From IMG/VR virus record IMGVR_UViG_3300016722_000135, positions 1-35,547 of that record: 35,547 nucleotides of DNA; one strand, 5' to 3'. The position numbers and the translations under genes are program-made. Origin of the DNA: a virus (Duplodnaviria; Caudoviricetes). Under the pieces are notes generated by a model. It was not told the DNA's origin. It saw nothing but the letters and a program-made list of their open reading frames with translations, and did not search any database. Of the stretch, positions 8,949-18,635 are shown piece after piece (the first letter of the stretch is position 1; every line of letters begins with the position of its first letter).

Positions 8949-10195
8949 ACGCGCAAGAAACCGTTATAACTTACAACGTTGCCGCCGGCGAAAACAACCC
9001 CACGATTGGCAATCATGCCTTCCTTGAATTTGTAATCCGTAGAACGCTTAACGTCAATGTCAGAAAAAATCGTCAGTTGATAATTTTTCAAATTGCCGTA
9101 AGCCATGCAGTATGCTGCGCTTGCGGTAGCTGAATCGGTTAATGCGCTGCAGGCACTATTAATGATGAATGGGTAACCGTCAATAGTACCATAGCCGCCA
9201 CGAGTAACAATAGTATGGAACGGCTTGCCGTCAGTGGTTCGTAATGCCGCAAATGCCGCCAAATCCTTTTTATTCAGGATAAGTACTGATTGCCCTTCAA
9301 CAGCTTCATCTCCGCCATACCCAAAGACTATTTTATTCAAAGTAGTATTATCAATCACAGATAAACTGATATCCGTGCTTGGAACAATTGCTTCCGCAAG
9401 GCTTGAGAAAATACCGACCATGTGATTAGTGGCACCGGTACCCACCATGATTTCTTTAGCAATTTTCTTGCGCAATGATACCGTAATATTTTGCAATACC
9501 ACATCTGCATAATTGGCACTAGGCAACTTCATTACTTCCTCAGTAATTTCACTGTAAGCGACCAATTTAGCTTTAGCGATGTTTGCCTTATCGAATGTAG
9601 TATCAGTATCATCCGGAGTACCACCCTCAGCTACGGTAGTAGCATCTGCTACCGCTTTTTCATAAGGTTGTGCATAGCTTTCACCGCCTTGCAATGGCAA
9701 CACATTTACGCCGTCAATAAGGCTTGATACCTGTTGAAAAGGCTCATTTATATTAGTGCTTGCCTGATTGGGAAGCACTATTCCGCTGGATGCTACGGTA
9801 ATGCTACGACCTTCACGCAAATCTTTGCCACGTTGCTCCATGATTTCATGATTCTTAGCCGCACGCTCATCTGTTGCACCGCCTACTGGAATAAAGCCCA
9901 TTCCCGGAGTCCATTGGACGCGTTTTTCTACTTCTCCCTTAGAACGTTTTTCTGTTTCAGTTTTGGCGGCAGCGGTGCGATCCTCTTCCGCAGCCTTAGT
10001 ATCATCGGTATTTTTTGCCGCTTCAATATCAGAAAGCATGCTGCGAAACTCGGTGATATCGCTATTCAAAGCCTGAACCTGCGCGTTTATGCTCCTTAAT
10101 TCTTCAACCTCTTTACATTCGTTACTTTTTGTAACAAGTGCGTTACGAGCCTCTTCTTTGGATTTTATTAATGCTAAAAGTTTGTCTTTGTTCAT
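8936..10195 (-). CDS. Major capsid protein, HK97 family with N-terminal coiled-coil (delta-like) domain
   Basis: After the prohead protease; TVAEG, ITEEV, IMVGTG..HMVGI, YGNLKNY motifs; GGAGG RBS before ATG 10195. Confidence 0.95.
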   Translation of the reverse strand: MNKDKLLALIKSKEEARNALVTKSNECKEVEELRSINAQVQALNSDITEFRSMLSDIEAAKNTDDTKAAEEDRTAAAKTETEKRSKGEVEKRVQWTPGMGFIPVGGATDERAAKNHEIMEQRGKDLREGRSITVASSGIVLPNQASTNINEPFQQVSSLIDGVNVLPLQGGESYAQPYEKAVADATTVAEGGTPDDTDTTFDKANIAKAKLVAYSEITEEVMKLPSANYADVVLQNITVSLRKKIAKEIMVGTGATNHMVGIFSSLAEAIVPSTDISLSVIDNTTLNKIVFGYGGDEAVEGQSVLILNKKDLAAFAALRTTDGKPFHTIVTRGGYGTIDGYPFIINSACSALTDSATASAAYCMAYGNLKNYQLTIFSDIDVKRSTDYKFKEGMIANRGVVFAGGNVVSYNGFLRVKKS

Positions 10196-10213
10196 TTCCT
10201 TTTCCTCCAATTT

Positions 10214-10891
10214 TTAAATTTTTCCTAAAATCTCATTTTTCAAATGCAATACTTCAACCGCCTTAGCGCTCTCCAGCTCTTGGGAACGTACGCTCTCCAG
10301 CATACGTTTGGCGTTATCCAACGCCGCCTTGTCCCGGGCGTTTATATCTGTAAGGTCATATGCCGGTTCATTTACGGCACTAACCTCAAAGACCTTAGCT
10401 ATCTTTACAATCGTCCTTGTTGGCATGTCTGTATCTAGCCCATCCCAATTGTCTTCCGCAACTTGGAAGCAAAAACTCATCCCACTTATGTCGCCGCGTG
10501 ATACGGCCGAATACAGGTTATGAGCATCGGTATTATTGGCGTAATCAATATTTGCGCCCATAAACAGCCCTATGTCATCAACTAACAACTGCATGGTACT
10601 GTTGCTGTTATTTCTGCGGCTCCTGGCCAAGGGTATTTTACTGGCATCATGGTTCACAAAAAGCAGTACATCCGTAAAATCACAACCCTCAAACGCCCCT
10701 CTGGCGATAATCTCGTTAAACCAATTGGCTATATTAACCATGGAATCAAAAACAGCCGCATGGCCTTCCAGTCTCCTAATACCGTCATCAGGGGCTGTTC
10801 CATCTCCCGCATCTCTTTTTTCTAAGGCCTTAAAGTCAGGCACTTTGAAACATCTTGTTATAATCTTGTCCCTGCTTGTTTTTTCATTCAT
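10214..10891 (-). CDS. HK97-family prohead protease
   Basis: EGHAAVFD, LFVNHD, GDISGMSFCF, EVSAVNEPAY; ATG 10891 with GGAGGT RBS overlapping the portal end. Confidence 0.93.
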   Translation of the reverse strand: MNEKTSRDKIITRCFKVPDFKALEKRDAGDGTAPDDGIRRLEGHAAVFDSMVNIANWFNEIIARGAFEGCDFTDVLLFVNHDASKIPLARSRRNNSNSTMQLLVDDIGLFMGANIDYANNTDAHNLYSAVSRGDISGMSFCFQVAEDNWDGLDTDMPTRTIVKIAKVFEVSAVNEPAYDLTDINARDKAALDNAKRMLESVRSQELESAKAVEVLHLKNEILGKI

Positions 10892-12158
10892 TGCTATTAC
10901 CTCCCTTTGCAGTTCCTTTAGCCGGCTCTGTATTTCCTTTCCGGGCCATATTAAGCTGATAATTATCAACGATATTCGTATTTACATAGTTGAGGCTCTG
11001 CAGCCTTCTATCGCCGCCTTCAAACGGCTCAAACCCAAACATATCTGCCACCTGGTTAAGCGTCATAAGCCCGGTGCTGACAGCCACCTGGGCTAATTCC
11101 GTTTTTTGGGCAGTAGTCATATAGGCAACTTTGCTGTAATAACATTTCACCCTGTGTCCTACGTCCTGTTCGCGCTGGGTAAAGATACAGGCCGTCATGG
11201 CCTGCTCGAATTCTCCTATGAAGCTTTCAATACAGCTCTGGTAAAAAGCTCCGTGTTGCTCTGCGGTATAATCTCCCGAAAGCAAGGCTTCGCTTATGCC
11301 GTAGCGCTGCCATATAACTGATTTTATGGACTTCATAACCTCGGCATCTAATTGCGGCGGCGTTATGTTTATAGGCGTGAATTCGCCGGCTAGATCAACA
11401 GCCGTGATACCTAGTGAAGATGTTTTAATGTGTTTCTCAAGATCCTCTCTTGTTTTGTCCATAAGCTTTCCCTCAGACACTGTTTTAGCATGATAAATCC
11501 CTTTAATCTGCAAGCTGCTCTCCAGTGCCTTGGGCAATACCTGCATAGTGGTGTCCAGAGTCTGCACAGCCCTTAAAAGGTCTTTGGTATCCGTTATGCC
11601 ATAGTCATTACCGCCACCAACAAGAAGGTTTTTACCCCGCCGCCAGCGCAGATGCACTATATCGCTATAGGGCAATACCGTAGTTATGCCATCCTTAAAA
11701 TAAAATTTGATTTCCCATATCTCCCCAGAGTCATCAAGGCCTACCTCAATCTCTGTAGGGTTTAGCGGCCAGAAAGCCGTGTAATACCTTATGGGATTCT
11801 TATTGGCATCATAGATAATGTCATATTGCGGATAAATAAAGCAGTTCATATCCTTGCGTCTGAGCCACTCACAACTTTCCAAAAAATCTTTGGTCGTTTG
11901 TATTGGGTTAGGCTTAAATTTAAACAACCGCGTAATCTCATCGTTCTGGGCTATGACGCTGCCTGGTTTAGTAACTACGGAGACAATATCAACCTTCCCT
12001 ATTTCCTCGGCAATACGGTTGATGCAGTTATTAACCTGATCACTTAGGTAAACATCATTACCAAAACTTGAGAAAAAAGCACGGCCATCGTTAAGCACCG
12101 ACCAAATCTGTTTTTCAAGTTTGTTTTTGAATAAATTTTGCAAATAACTGAAAATCAA
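10884..12158 (-). CDS. Portal protein, HK97 family
   Basis: KPNPIQT, DIVHLR, GLMTLNQV...PFEGGD motifs. Confidence 0.93.
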   Translation of the reverse strand: MIFSYLQNLFKNKLEKQIWSVLNDGRAFFSSFGNDVYLSDQVNNCINRIAEEIGKVDIVSVVTKPGSVIAQNDEITRLFKFKPNPIQTTKDFLESCEWLRRKDMNCFIYPQYDIIYDANKNPIRYYTAFWPLNPTEIEVGLDDSGEIWEIKFYFKDGITTVLPYSDIVHLRWRRGKNLLVGGGNDYGITDTKDLLRAVQTLDTTMQVLPKALESSLQIKGIYHAKTVSEGKLMDKTREDLEKHIKTSSLGITAVDLAGEFTPINITPPQLDAEVMKSIKSVIWQRYGISEALLSGDYTAEQHGAFYQSCIESFIGEFEQAMTACIFTQREQDVGHRVKCYYSKVAYMTTAQKTELAQVAVSTGLMTLNQVADMFGFEPFEGGDRRLQSLNYVNTNIVDNYQLNMARKGNTEPAKGTAKGGNSNE

Positions 12159-12164
12159 ATTGCC

Positions 12165-13883
12165 TCACTTCCTTTGCAGCATAAAATAATCGGACTTAAA
12201 ACGACTGAAAATCGCAAGCCCGATGATAAATCCCAGAGTACCGTCAATACGGTTCTTACTCTGTCCATATTTTTTTACCGGCATAATCTGCCCAATATTG
12301 TTAAGCTTGCAGCTTGTGTTAGCAAGGCACCAGCGGTCAACCGGATTATTGTTATAGTTAAGCTGCTTAGTTTGCAACTGGGTTTCCAGTAGCCGCATCG
12401 GACCGGACAGGTCTAAAAAATCCATACCGATGCGTTCCAGAACGCTTTCCCCAAAATAGTCACCTATTATTTTTCTGAAATCTTTGCTGTGCCAGTTATC
12501 ATAACCAATCTTAAAAGGAATCATGCCTTGATCAAACAAGGACATAAACCAATCTGCCGGAGCCTGTGCATCAATCTCACTGCCGGGACAGATAGTAACA
12601 AACCCCTGACGTTCCCATGTGCGGTAGTCCTTCTTTTCCGGGTTAAGCTTGTTCTCATCGTTTAGAACAGCATCCGCTTTGGTTTCCGGAATAAAGTACA
12701 TAGATAACGTTTTCATCCTCCTAGTTTCAGGATCTACAAACAGTGCCTTAGCACTGCAAAGGTCTGTAGTCTCCGCAAAATCCAAACTGCCGATAAAGTA
12801 CTGCCCTTGCAACTCTTTGATATCGAAAACAGCCTTGTTATCTATAGTGGCTAAATCCAGCCATGCTGTATTAGTGCTTTGCCTGATGTTGAAATCCTTT
12901 GCCAGTACAAAACGCCGTGTTGCACGGCTCGTTTTAGCTTCGTTAACCATCTGCCGGAGAAATGACCATTTCTTAATCACCCCAAGCCCAGGATTGGATT
13001 TATACCAAGCTTGTTCGTCCTGCCAGACTTCTTCCTCATTGTCCTGCTGGTATAAAAATATAAGCCAGTGCTCATTTTCTGCTTCACCGGCTAATACCTG
13101 ATGCGCTTCCTGAAGTTCTTCATCCAAATACCCGTCTTCAGTAAACCCTTCAGTAGTAATCTCAATATAAAGAGGTTCATCCTGGGTTGAAAGTGCCTGC
13201 CGTATTGGCATGACCAGTGAGTTGTCTTTCATCTCATGCACTTCATCCACAGCACCAACTTTTATATTCTTGCCTTCCTTAGCTCCTGTCCTTGCTGACA
13301 ATTTTTTAATAGAGCCCTTGTTCTGTGGTGAAAACTTACCGCGTTTAATGCGTTGCTTTTTATTCCCCCAAAAGATACCCTGTAAATTCTTTCTGGTACA
13401 GCGCATAAGCTTTGGAGATTCTTCCCGCATGGCGTTCGTAGCATCAAACAATATGCCTGCCTGGTCATAATCGTTAGAGCCAAACAGTATATTGGTTCCC
13501 ATCTCGCCACATACCCATTCAGCAAGGCTTAACGCTGATATGAGAGGACTTTTTCCGTTTTTCCTCCCGATCAAAAGCAATACCCTCTGATATTTTCTTA
13601 CATACCGCTTTAGTTCCTCATTCCAAATCTGAAAGGCATAAATTGCTTCGATTATTGCTTTTTGAAAAAGCTCAAGCTTGAACGGTTTTCCTGCGAATGG
13701 TGCTTGTGCATGCCTACATTCACATTCTATGAATTTTATCCGCTTATTGGCAGCTGTAAAATCCTTCTTAATGGCATCGTCATTCAGCTCATTAATAAGC
13801 TTTTGTAACTGCAGCTTAACAAAATACCCTGCGATTATTTCACCGGATTGTATTTTGTCCCAATATTCTTGTATATAACTCAT
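12165..13883 (-). CDS. terL: Terminase large subunit (cos-type, Terminase_1-like)
   Basis: LELFQK Q-motif, IGRKNGKS Walker A, AVDEVH Walker B, ITTEG, NPGLG, RIDG. Confidence 0.96.
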   Translation of the reverse strand: MSYIQEYWDKIQSGEIIAGYFVKLQLQKLINELNDDAIKKDFTAANKRIKFIECECRHAQAPFAGKPFKLELFQKAIIEAIYAFQIWNEELKRYVRKYQRVLLLIGRKNGKSPLISALSLAEWVCGEMGTNILFGSNDYDQAGILFDATNAMREESPKLMRCTRKNLQGIFWGNKKQRIKRGKFSPQNKGSIKKLSARTGAKEGKNIKVGAVDEVHEMKDNSLVMPIRQALSTQDEPLYIEITTEGFTEDGYLDEELQEAHQVLAGEAENEHWLIFLYQQDNEEEVWQDEQAWYKSNPGLGVIKKWSFLRQMVNEAKTSRATRRFVLAKDFNIRQSTNTAWLDLATIDNKAVFDIKELQGQYFIGSLDFAETTDLCSAKALFVDPETRRMKTLSMYFIPETKADAVLNDENKLNPEKKDYRTWERQGFVTICPGSEIDAQAPADWFMSLFDQGMIPFKIGYDNWHSKDFRKIIGDYFGESVLERIGMDFLDLSGPMRLLETQLQTKQLNYNNNPVDRWCLANTSCKLNNIGQIMPVKKYGQSKNRIDGTLGFIIGLAIFSRFKSDYFMLQRK

Positions 13884-14194
13884 TCATAATCGCCCATTCC
13901 TAAATCCTCATCATCAACATTAATTCCCAATGCTTTGGATAGCTTAAAGATGATGTTTGTGTAATTTGCCCTTACTTTAGGGAGCAACCGACATACAGGA
14001 AGTTCTTTTTGCCGCTGTGGGTTATCCGGATCTATCTTAATAAGCCCTGATTTACATACAACTTTGTGCATATCGTCAAGCTCAACCCTTAGTCGTGCTG
14101 CCTCCATGATTTCACCGTCCAGCAATGCCAGTTGCTTTTCATCAGCTCCGGCAAAAAGGGCCTTAATTCTTATATATTCTTGGTCAATGTCCAT
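13880..14194 (-). CDS. terS: Terminase small subunit (short, cos-phage type)
   Basis: Directly upstream of and overlapping terL; ~104 aa helical protein; AGGTG RBS. Confidence 0.7.
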   Translation of the reverse strand: MDIDQEYIRIKALFAGADEKQLALLDGEIMEAARLRVELDDMHKVVCKSGLIKIDPDNPQRQKELPVCRLLPKVRANYTNIIFKLSKALGINVDDEDLGMGDYE

Positions 14195-14229
14195 TGTTCT
14201 CACCTAGGTTTCCCTGTTATCGCTCCTGT

Positions 14230-14335
14230 TTTAGAAAAAAGTCAAATTTTTGGTATGTAACGAATTTGTGTAACCCGCCCGGTAATATCTTTTCAATATC
14301 CTTTTATCATGACTGGGGGGATATCATAGTACTCT
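14230..14335 (-). other. Candidate cos/packaging region
   Basis: Non-coding gap between HNH and terS containing a CCCCCC run and ACCGGGCGGG, the usual location and look of cos in HNH-terS-terL phages (inference). Confidence 0.45.
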
Positions 14336-14344
14336 GCATACAAT

Positions 14345-15016
14345 TTATGCTTCATATTCAAGCCACCAATTTTTAATATAATCTTGCCACTTACCGGCAT
14401 AAACACCTCGTTGCCCTGCCCTTGCCATGCACTCTTCCTTTGTGGCCTGACAGTACAGAAGCTCCGCCCTTAACCGTTCAGCTAATTGTTCCCTTTCACC
14501 CTTGTGCGGATAGCCGCCAATAATATAAGCATCATGCCAGTGGCCATACCTTGTGCGCACCTGATCCAGAATCAAATCACGTATCCGGAACGCGTTAAGC
14601 TTTATACGCTGCGGCTTATCATAAAGCTCGCATCCGCTTATTGCGGCATAGATTTTATCAAAGTCAAGTATCAGGTCACCGCGTACATGTAACTGATTGA
14701 CTAACGTTGTCTTACCACTGCACGGACTGCCATAGATAATGTAGACATGCTGAGTATGCGAACCGAAACGTTCATGAACCTCGTTGTGACAATGAGTACA
14801 TATCAGCTCTATGTTGTCCGGATTAAGCGCAATATTTGGGTCGTTAACAGTCTCCGGTGTAAGTTCTTTGATGTGATGCCCTATGAGTTGTGAAGTATCA
14901 AACATATAGTTTGTACCACATCTCTGACACTTTGGCCCACGCCTAGCAATAAGTGCCGTCCGTAAATCTTGCCATGCTTTAGATGTATAGAATGCTTGTG
15001 CCCATTTACCTGCCAT
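14345..15016 (-). CDS. Packaging-associated HNH endonuclease fused to a P-loop NTPase/kinase-like domain
   Basis: FY.S..W, CQRC, HH, CTHCHN.VH followed by YIIYGSPCSGKTT and DLILDFD. Confidence 0.85.
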   Translation of the reverse strand: MAGKWAQAFYTSKAWQDLRTALIARRGPKCQRCGTNYMFDTSQLIGHHIKELTPETVNDPNIALNPDNIELICTHCHNEVHERFGSHTQHVYIIYGSPCSGKTTLVNQLHVRGDLILDFDKIYAAISGCELYDKPQRIKLNAFRIRDLILDQVRTRYGHWHDAYIIGGYPHKGEREQLAERLRAELLYCQATKEECMARAGQRGVYAGKWQDYIKNWWLEYEA

Positions 15017-15017
15017 A

Positions 15018-15797
15018 TTAAAACTCCTTAACTTTTACTAACCGTTCTTTAAGCTCCAACATTTTTTGATCATAGTCATCTTTATGCTTGTCTTCCGGAT
15101 AAAATCCTAACAGCTTGGCCAACTTATCCCATGCCCACTTCTTATCGGCAAGCTTTATACTGATGCCTGCCTTACCCTGCCTAACCTCATCTATAACGCC
15201 GGTATCGTTCGCACTGCTATCGTTAAGCTCAACATAGTTAATTGTCTCCATAACCTGCTTGCCTGTATTTTTATCGTAGACAGAATGGCCGTCAATAACT
15301 AGTGGTACTTCTTGCCTACCGAATTTAACATAGTCGCCAATGTCAGCACCCACTACCTTAAGGCAATACCTCACCATGTCTGATACATCAATATCAATGT
15401 CTGCCCGTAGAATTTCTTTCAACCTATGAATTTCATCTTTAATCTTAGTAATTCTTAGCATCTTACAGCCATTAACCATAGCCGTAACTTTGTCCGAATC
15501 ATATGCCTTTATATAGCTTTGAGTGGCATTATTAGAAGTCGCATAGAACAGGCAGAATAGCCGTTGTTTCTCGGTCAGCTCTTCATTACAATCTACTGAC
15601 TTAAACATCTTTTGGTTAGCAGTATTTTTTGTATTTTGGTGCATACTTTTTGGGTGCGTACTTTTTATTTTTGTACGCACCCATTTGTTTCTGATTTTCC
15701 AAGATTTAATGGTGCTCAATGACACGCCGTATTTAACAGCTATATCTTTGTACTTCATTCCATTACAATAATCCTTATACGCTTCTTCCTGTTTCAC
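15018..15797 (-). CDS. Second terminase small subunit-like protein (HTH plus Terminase_2-like; SPP1/PBSX type)
   Basis: [24 protein letters not shown] and [10 protein letters not shown]...NATQS..KAY motifs. Confidence 0.8.
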   Translation of the reverse strand: MKQEEAYKDYCNGMKYKDIAVKYGVSLSTIKSWKIRNKWVRTKIKSTHPKSMHQNTKNTANQKMFKSVDCNEELTEKQRLFCLFYATSNNATQSYIKAYDSDKVTAMVNGCKMLRITKIKDEIHRLKEILRADIDIDVSDMVRYCLKVVGADIGDYVKFGRQEVPLVIDGHSVYDKNTGKQVMETINYVELNDSSANDTGVIDEVRQGKAGISIKLADKKWAWDKLAKLLGFYPEDKHKDDYDQKMLELKERLVKVKEF

Positions 15798-15825
15798 ATA
15801 ACCACCACCGCCTCATTTTGACATT

Positions 15826-15853
15826 AAAAAAGCACTCACCGTTTGGTAAGTGC
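15826..15853 (-). terminator. Intrinsic terminator closing the moron operon
   Basis: GCACTTACC-AAAC-GGTGAGTGC hairpin followed by TTTTTT on the minus strand. Confidence 0.75.
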
Positions 15854-15865
15854 CTTAAAATATTA

Positions 15866-16456
15866 TTATGTCGCATTCTTACTATACTTTTTCTCTAATT
15901 CCTGTTTGCTTTCAGGAGAAATTAAATCAACATAATTTTCTGCAACCGTTATGTTTTTGTTATTATCATCAGAAAATAACATAATCATAACAAAAGATAT
16001 AACTCTATAATAACTAGCTAGACTATAACACAATAAATAACACCAAAAAGCATGTAAAAACAATAGTATATATCCATTTACAAAACAAGAAATTTTTATA
16101 ACTATGAGAAGCAATATACTATAAAAAATTAAACCCATTCCATAATGCAAACTGTTCATGAAATATGCTTTTAAAGTCTTCCTAGGTTTTCCATTACCTC
16201 TCTGCCAAAACCTTTTCACATTTGGGTTATCTTTTATAGTAGCAATAATCCCTAATAAAACTCCTATAAATCCAACCGTTATGGCCGTTATCGTTATAAC
16301 CAAGCTAAATATTTTTTCTAAGGTATCCAGATCTAAATTATAATTTATATCAAAAATTAATCCTACAATCCCACCCAACAACCCTATTGCTAAAGGTCCA
16401 AATTCTTCAAAATAATACTGTATTTCACCTTTGTTATTTCCCTCCCACAATTTCAT
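15866..16456 (-). CDS. Membrane protein with ~4 hydrophobic segments (moron, RexB-like topology)
   Basis: Four long hydrophobic stretches; overlaps the end of the upstream gene; AT-rich. Confidence 0.75.
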   Translation of the reverse strand: MKLWEGNNKGEIQYYFEEFGPLAIGLLGGIVGLIFDINYNLDLDTLEKIFSLVITITAITVGFIGVLLGIIATIKDNPNVKRFWQRGNGKPRKTLKAYFMNSLHYGMGLIFYSILLLIVIKISCFVNGYILLFLHAFWCYLLCYSLASYYRVISFVMIMLFSDDNNKNITVAENYVDLISPESKQELEKKYSKNAT

Positions 16457-17351
16457 ATAAATCGCCCTTCCTATTTTCAAAGGCCTCTCTCATCCTTCTC
16501 TCAACAAACTCACTTGCCAAAGATACCCTTTTTTCAAGAACAACATATATATAATCACTTATGTTATCCTGAAATAAGTCGATAACTTCCACCTTACTAT
16601 CGTCTGTCTCTTTGATGCTAACAATAGCTTTTGATAACGCACTTGCGCCTTTCTTCTTGGCTTCCTCTAATACTTCAGAAACCGTTTCATTGTCTAAAGA
16701 ACCCTGTCGATTGTCTCCCATCGTTACAATTATTTCGGCAGTAACCCCTTTAAACTTCTCACAATCCTCGAATATTTTTTTTAGCGAACTTTTTTTAGGA
16801 AGTTTGAAATTTTTCCCATCAATATCCGCAAATTTCACCTGTAATCTTCTATAAATTGCGGCCTTTTGGGCTTTTTCTATCATAGATTTTGATGGAATTG
16901 GGCGCAGATAAATATGTATCGAGTCATCGTCCCATAGTTTATTAATGTATTCAGTTATTCCACTAGGGCTTAAACTATGTATGTTCCTTTGAAGCATTAG
17001 AACTTTTAAGTTGCAGTCATATATTGCATTACACTCTTCACTAATAAATTCATCGTCTTCCAAAGTAATTGATTCCGATGGCTTATCAATATAAGCCTTG
17101 CTTGGTATATTGGTTTCTCTTAATCGCGTAAAATTCAAAAACCAGTATTTTTTTATACTATTATAATGAAACTTATCTAACCTAGCCTGCTCTTGATAAT
17201 AGTCAAACATCCTATCTTCTAAAGTTAGTTTATCAACCTTGCCAATTAGCGCACACAAATCAAATAATTTGTCTTTTGCTACTGGAACAGACCCCGTACG
17301 ATTATAACAAACAGTAAAGTAATCTAATTTTATTTGCCTTCTGATTCCCAA
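16434..17351 (-). CDS. Soluble moron protein (DUF6731/DUF4747-like; putative exclusion/defence component)
   Basis: ~305 aa from TTG at 17351 (GGAGGGG RBS); LMLQRN..SLS and IDLF motifs recalled from this family; not verified by search. Confidence 0.6.
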   Translation of the reverse strand: MGIRRQIKLDYFTVCYNRTGSVPVAKDKLFDLCALIGKVDKLTLEDRMFDYYQEQARLDKFHYNSIKKYWFLNFTRLRETNIPSKAYIDKPSESITLEDDEFISEECNAIYDCNLKVLMLQRNIHSLSPSGITEYINKLWDDDSIHIYLRPIPSKSMIEKAQKAAIYRRLQVKFADIDGKNFKLPKKSSLKKIFEDCEKFKGVTAEIIVTMGDNRQGSLDNETVSEVLEEAKKKGASALSKAIVSIKETDDSKVEVIDLFQDNISDYIYVVLEKRVSLASEFVERRMREAFENRKGDLYEIVGGK

Positions 17352-17387
17352 AATATACCCCTCCCCATTAATAACAATGGTGGAGTA

Positions 17388-17414
17388 GTTCGACATAAAT
17401 TAAACAATTCCTGC
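17388..17414 (-). promoter_or_regulatory. SigmaH-like promoter of the moron operon
   Basis: GCAGGAATT-11 nt-GTCGAAC versus consensus RNAGGAWWW-N11/12-RNNGAAT. Confidence 0.55.
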
Positions 17415-17500
17415 AATAATTAACAAAATATTCAAACTAATACTAAAAACACTGAAAAAATTGTTCAGTATTTCTTGCATTAGCCTTTCTTAATTAAACG

Positions 17501-18061
17501 TTAATCAATCCAATCACGAGCTATTGGGATATGCGAGATTTTCTTATGAAACCAATTCTTATGTCTTGATTCACACAAAAACTTTGGGACATCATAAAGC
17601 TCTAATAAATCACTATTTAAAGTATTACTGGCATTTTCTAGTATTTTTTTTATATCTTCATTGCTTTTTTTTATATTACAAATCAAAATATCCTGATTAT
17701 TATTATCGCAATTTTGTAGCAAACCATCTAATTCCCTTATAGCGCTAAACATTTTTAAAGATATAAACAATCCATCACTAATACAATTTTTTATTTTATC
17801 CCGTATAACATGTAATTTTTCTTTTGTATCTATTTCACAATAATAATAATTCCCATCATAATCATAATATTTAATTGTAAAAAAATGGCTTAAAATATTC
17901 TGTATTTTTTCATATGCGGCCATTCGTTTATCCAATACTATTTTATAATAAGAATTTCTATAATCAATTTTTTTTTGCCATACTCCAAATATACTAGAAA
18001 TAATAGCACTCACAACACCACTTGCCAAAACAGTCCCTGAAGAAATATTTCCCCATTCCAT
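17501..18061 (-). CDS. Hypothetical moron protein with N-terminal membrane anchor
   Basis: Very AT-rich ORF; hydrophobic N-terminus then helical domain. Confidence 0.7.
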   Translation of the reverse strand: MEWGNISSGTVLASGVVSAIISSIFGVWQKKIDYRNSYYKIVLDKRMAAYEKIQNILSHFFTIKYYDYDGNYYYCEIDTKEKLHVIRDKIKNCISDGLFISLKMFSAIRELDGLLQNCDNNNQDILICNIKKSNEDIKKILENASNTLNSDLLELYDVPKFLCESRHKNWFHKKISHIPIARDWID

Positions 18062-18115
18062 CACAACCACCCCATTCTCAAAGATGGCTATATTATAGCA
18101 TTAATAATAAATAAA

Positions 18116-18149
18116 AATAGCCGCTAAACTTTTAGTTTTAACGGCTATT
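18116..18149 (-). terminator. Stem-loop downstream of the late activator gene
   Basis: AATAGCCG(T/C)TAAA inverted repeat followed by a T-rich tract on the minus strand. Confidence 0.55.
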
Positions 18150-18183
18150 CCATACTTTTTACATTACTATACTAGCACATAAT

Positions 18184-18618
18184 TTAGTACCATTGTGTAC
18201 CATGTTTTGCTAAATATTCTAACGCTTCCCTGTGCCACCTATGCACGCTATTCCACCCGCAATGCATATCATGCGCTATATCTACCCAGTGTTCAAAGTT
18301 AACGTAACGTTTAGTCAGTATAATCCTATGTTCATAACGGTCAACCGAATCAATCAACATCCGATTAATCGTCAGCAAGTCGGTTAGTTTTTTAATATCC
18401 TCGGCAATCTTGCTGTCTAACGCCTCTAAACGCACTATAAACTCACCAAGTTTGTCATGGTCTCTATAACTCTTGGGCATATCGCTCAAGGTTGGAGTTA
18501 CCTTCTCCATAAGCGACCGTAATTCTTTGCGTTTATCCATATCCGCATCCAATAGCTTTTGGGCATAATAAGATTTTTGTAAGATAGCCTTCATATCTAG
18601 TGCCATTTGTGTAAGCAA
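18184..18618 (-). CDS. Late transcriptional activator (ArpU/RinA, DUF1492-like)
   Basis: Last early gene; C-terminal sigma4-like HTH RYVNFEHWVDIAHDMH...VHRWHREAL; TTG start with GGAGG. Confidence 0.85.
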   Translation of the reverse strand: MLTQMALDMKAILQKSYYAQKLLDADMDKRKELRSLMEKVTPTLSDMPKSYRDHDKLGEFIVRLEALDSKIAEDIKKLTDLLTINRMLIDSVDRYEHRIILTKRYVNFEHWVDIAHDMHCGWNSVHRWHREALEYLAKHGTQWY

Positions 18619-18635
18619 ATTATCGCCTCCTCTAT

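Noticed and set aside
1315-14692. Numerous plus-strand ORFs opposite structural genes
   Set aside because: Antisense shadows of well-supported genes with no RBS or recognisable motifs
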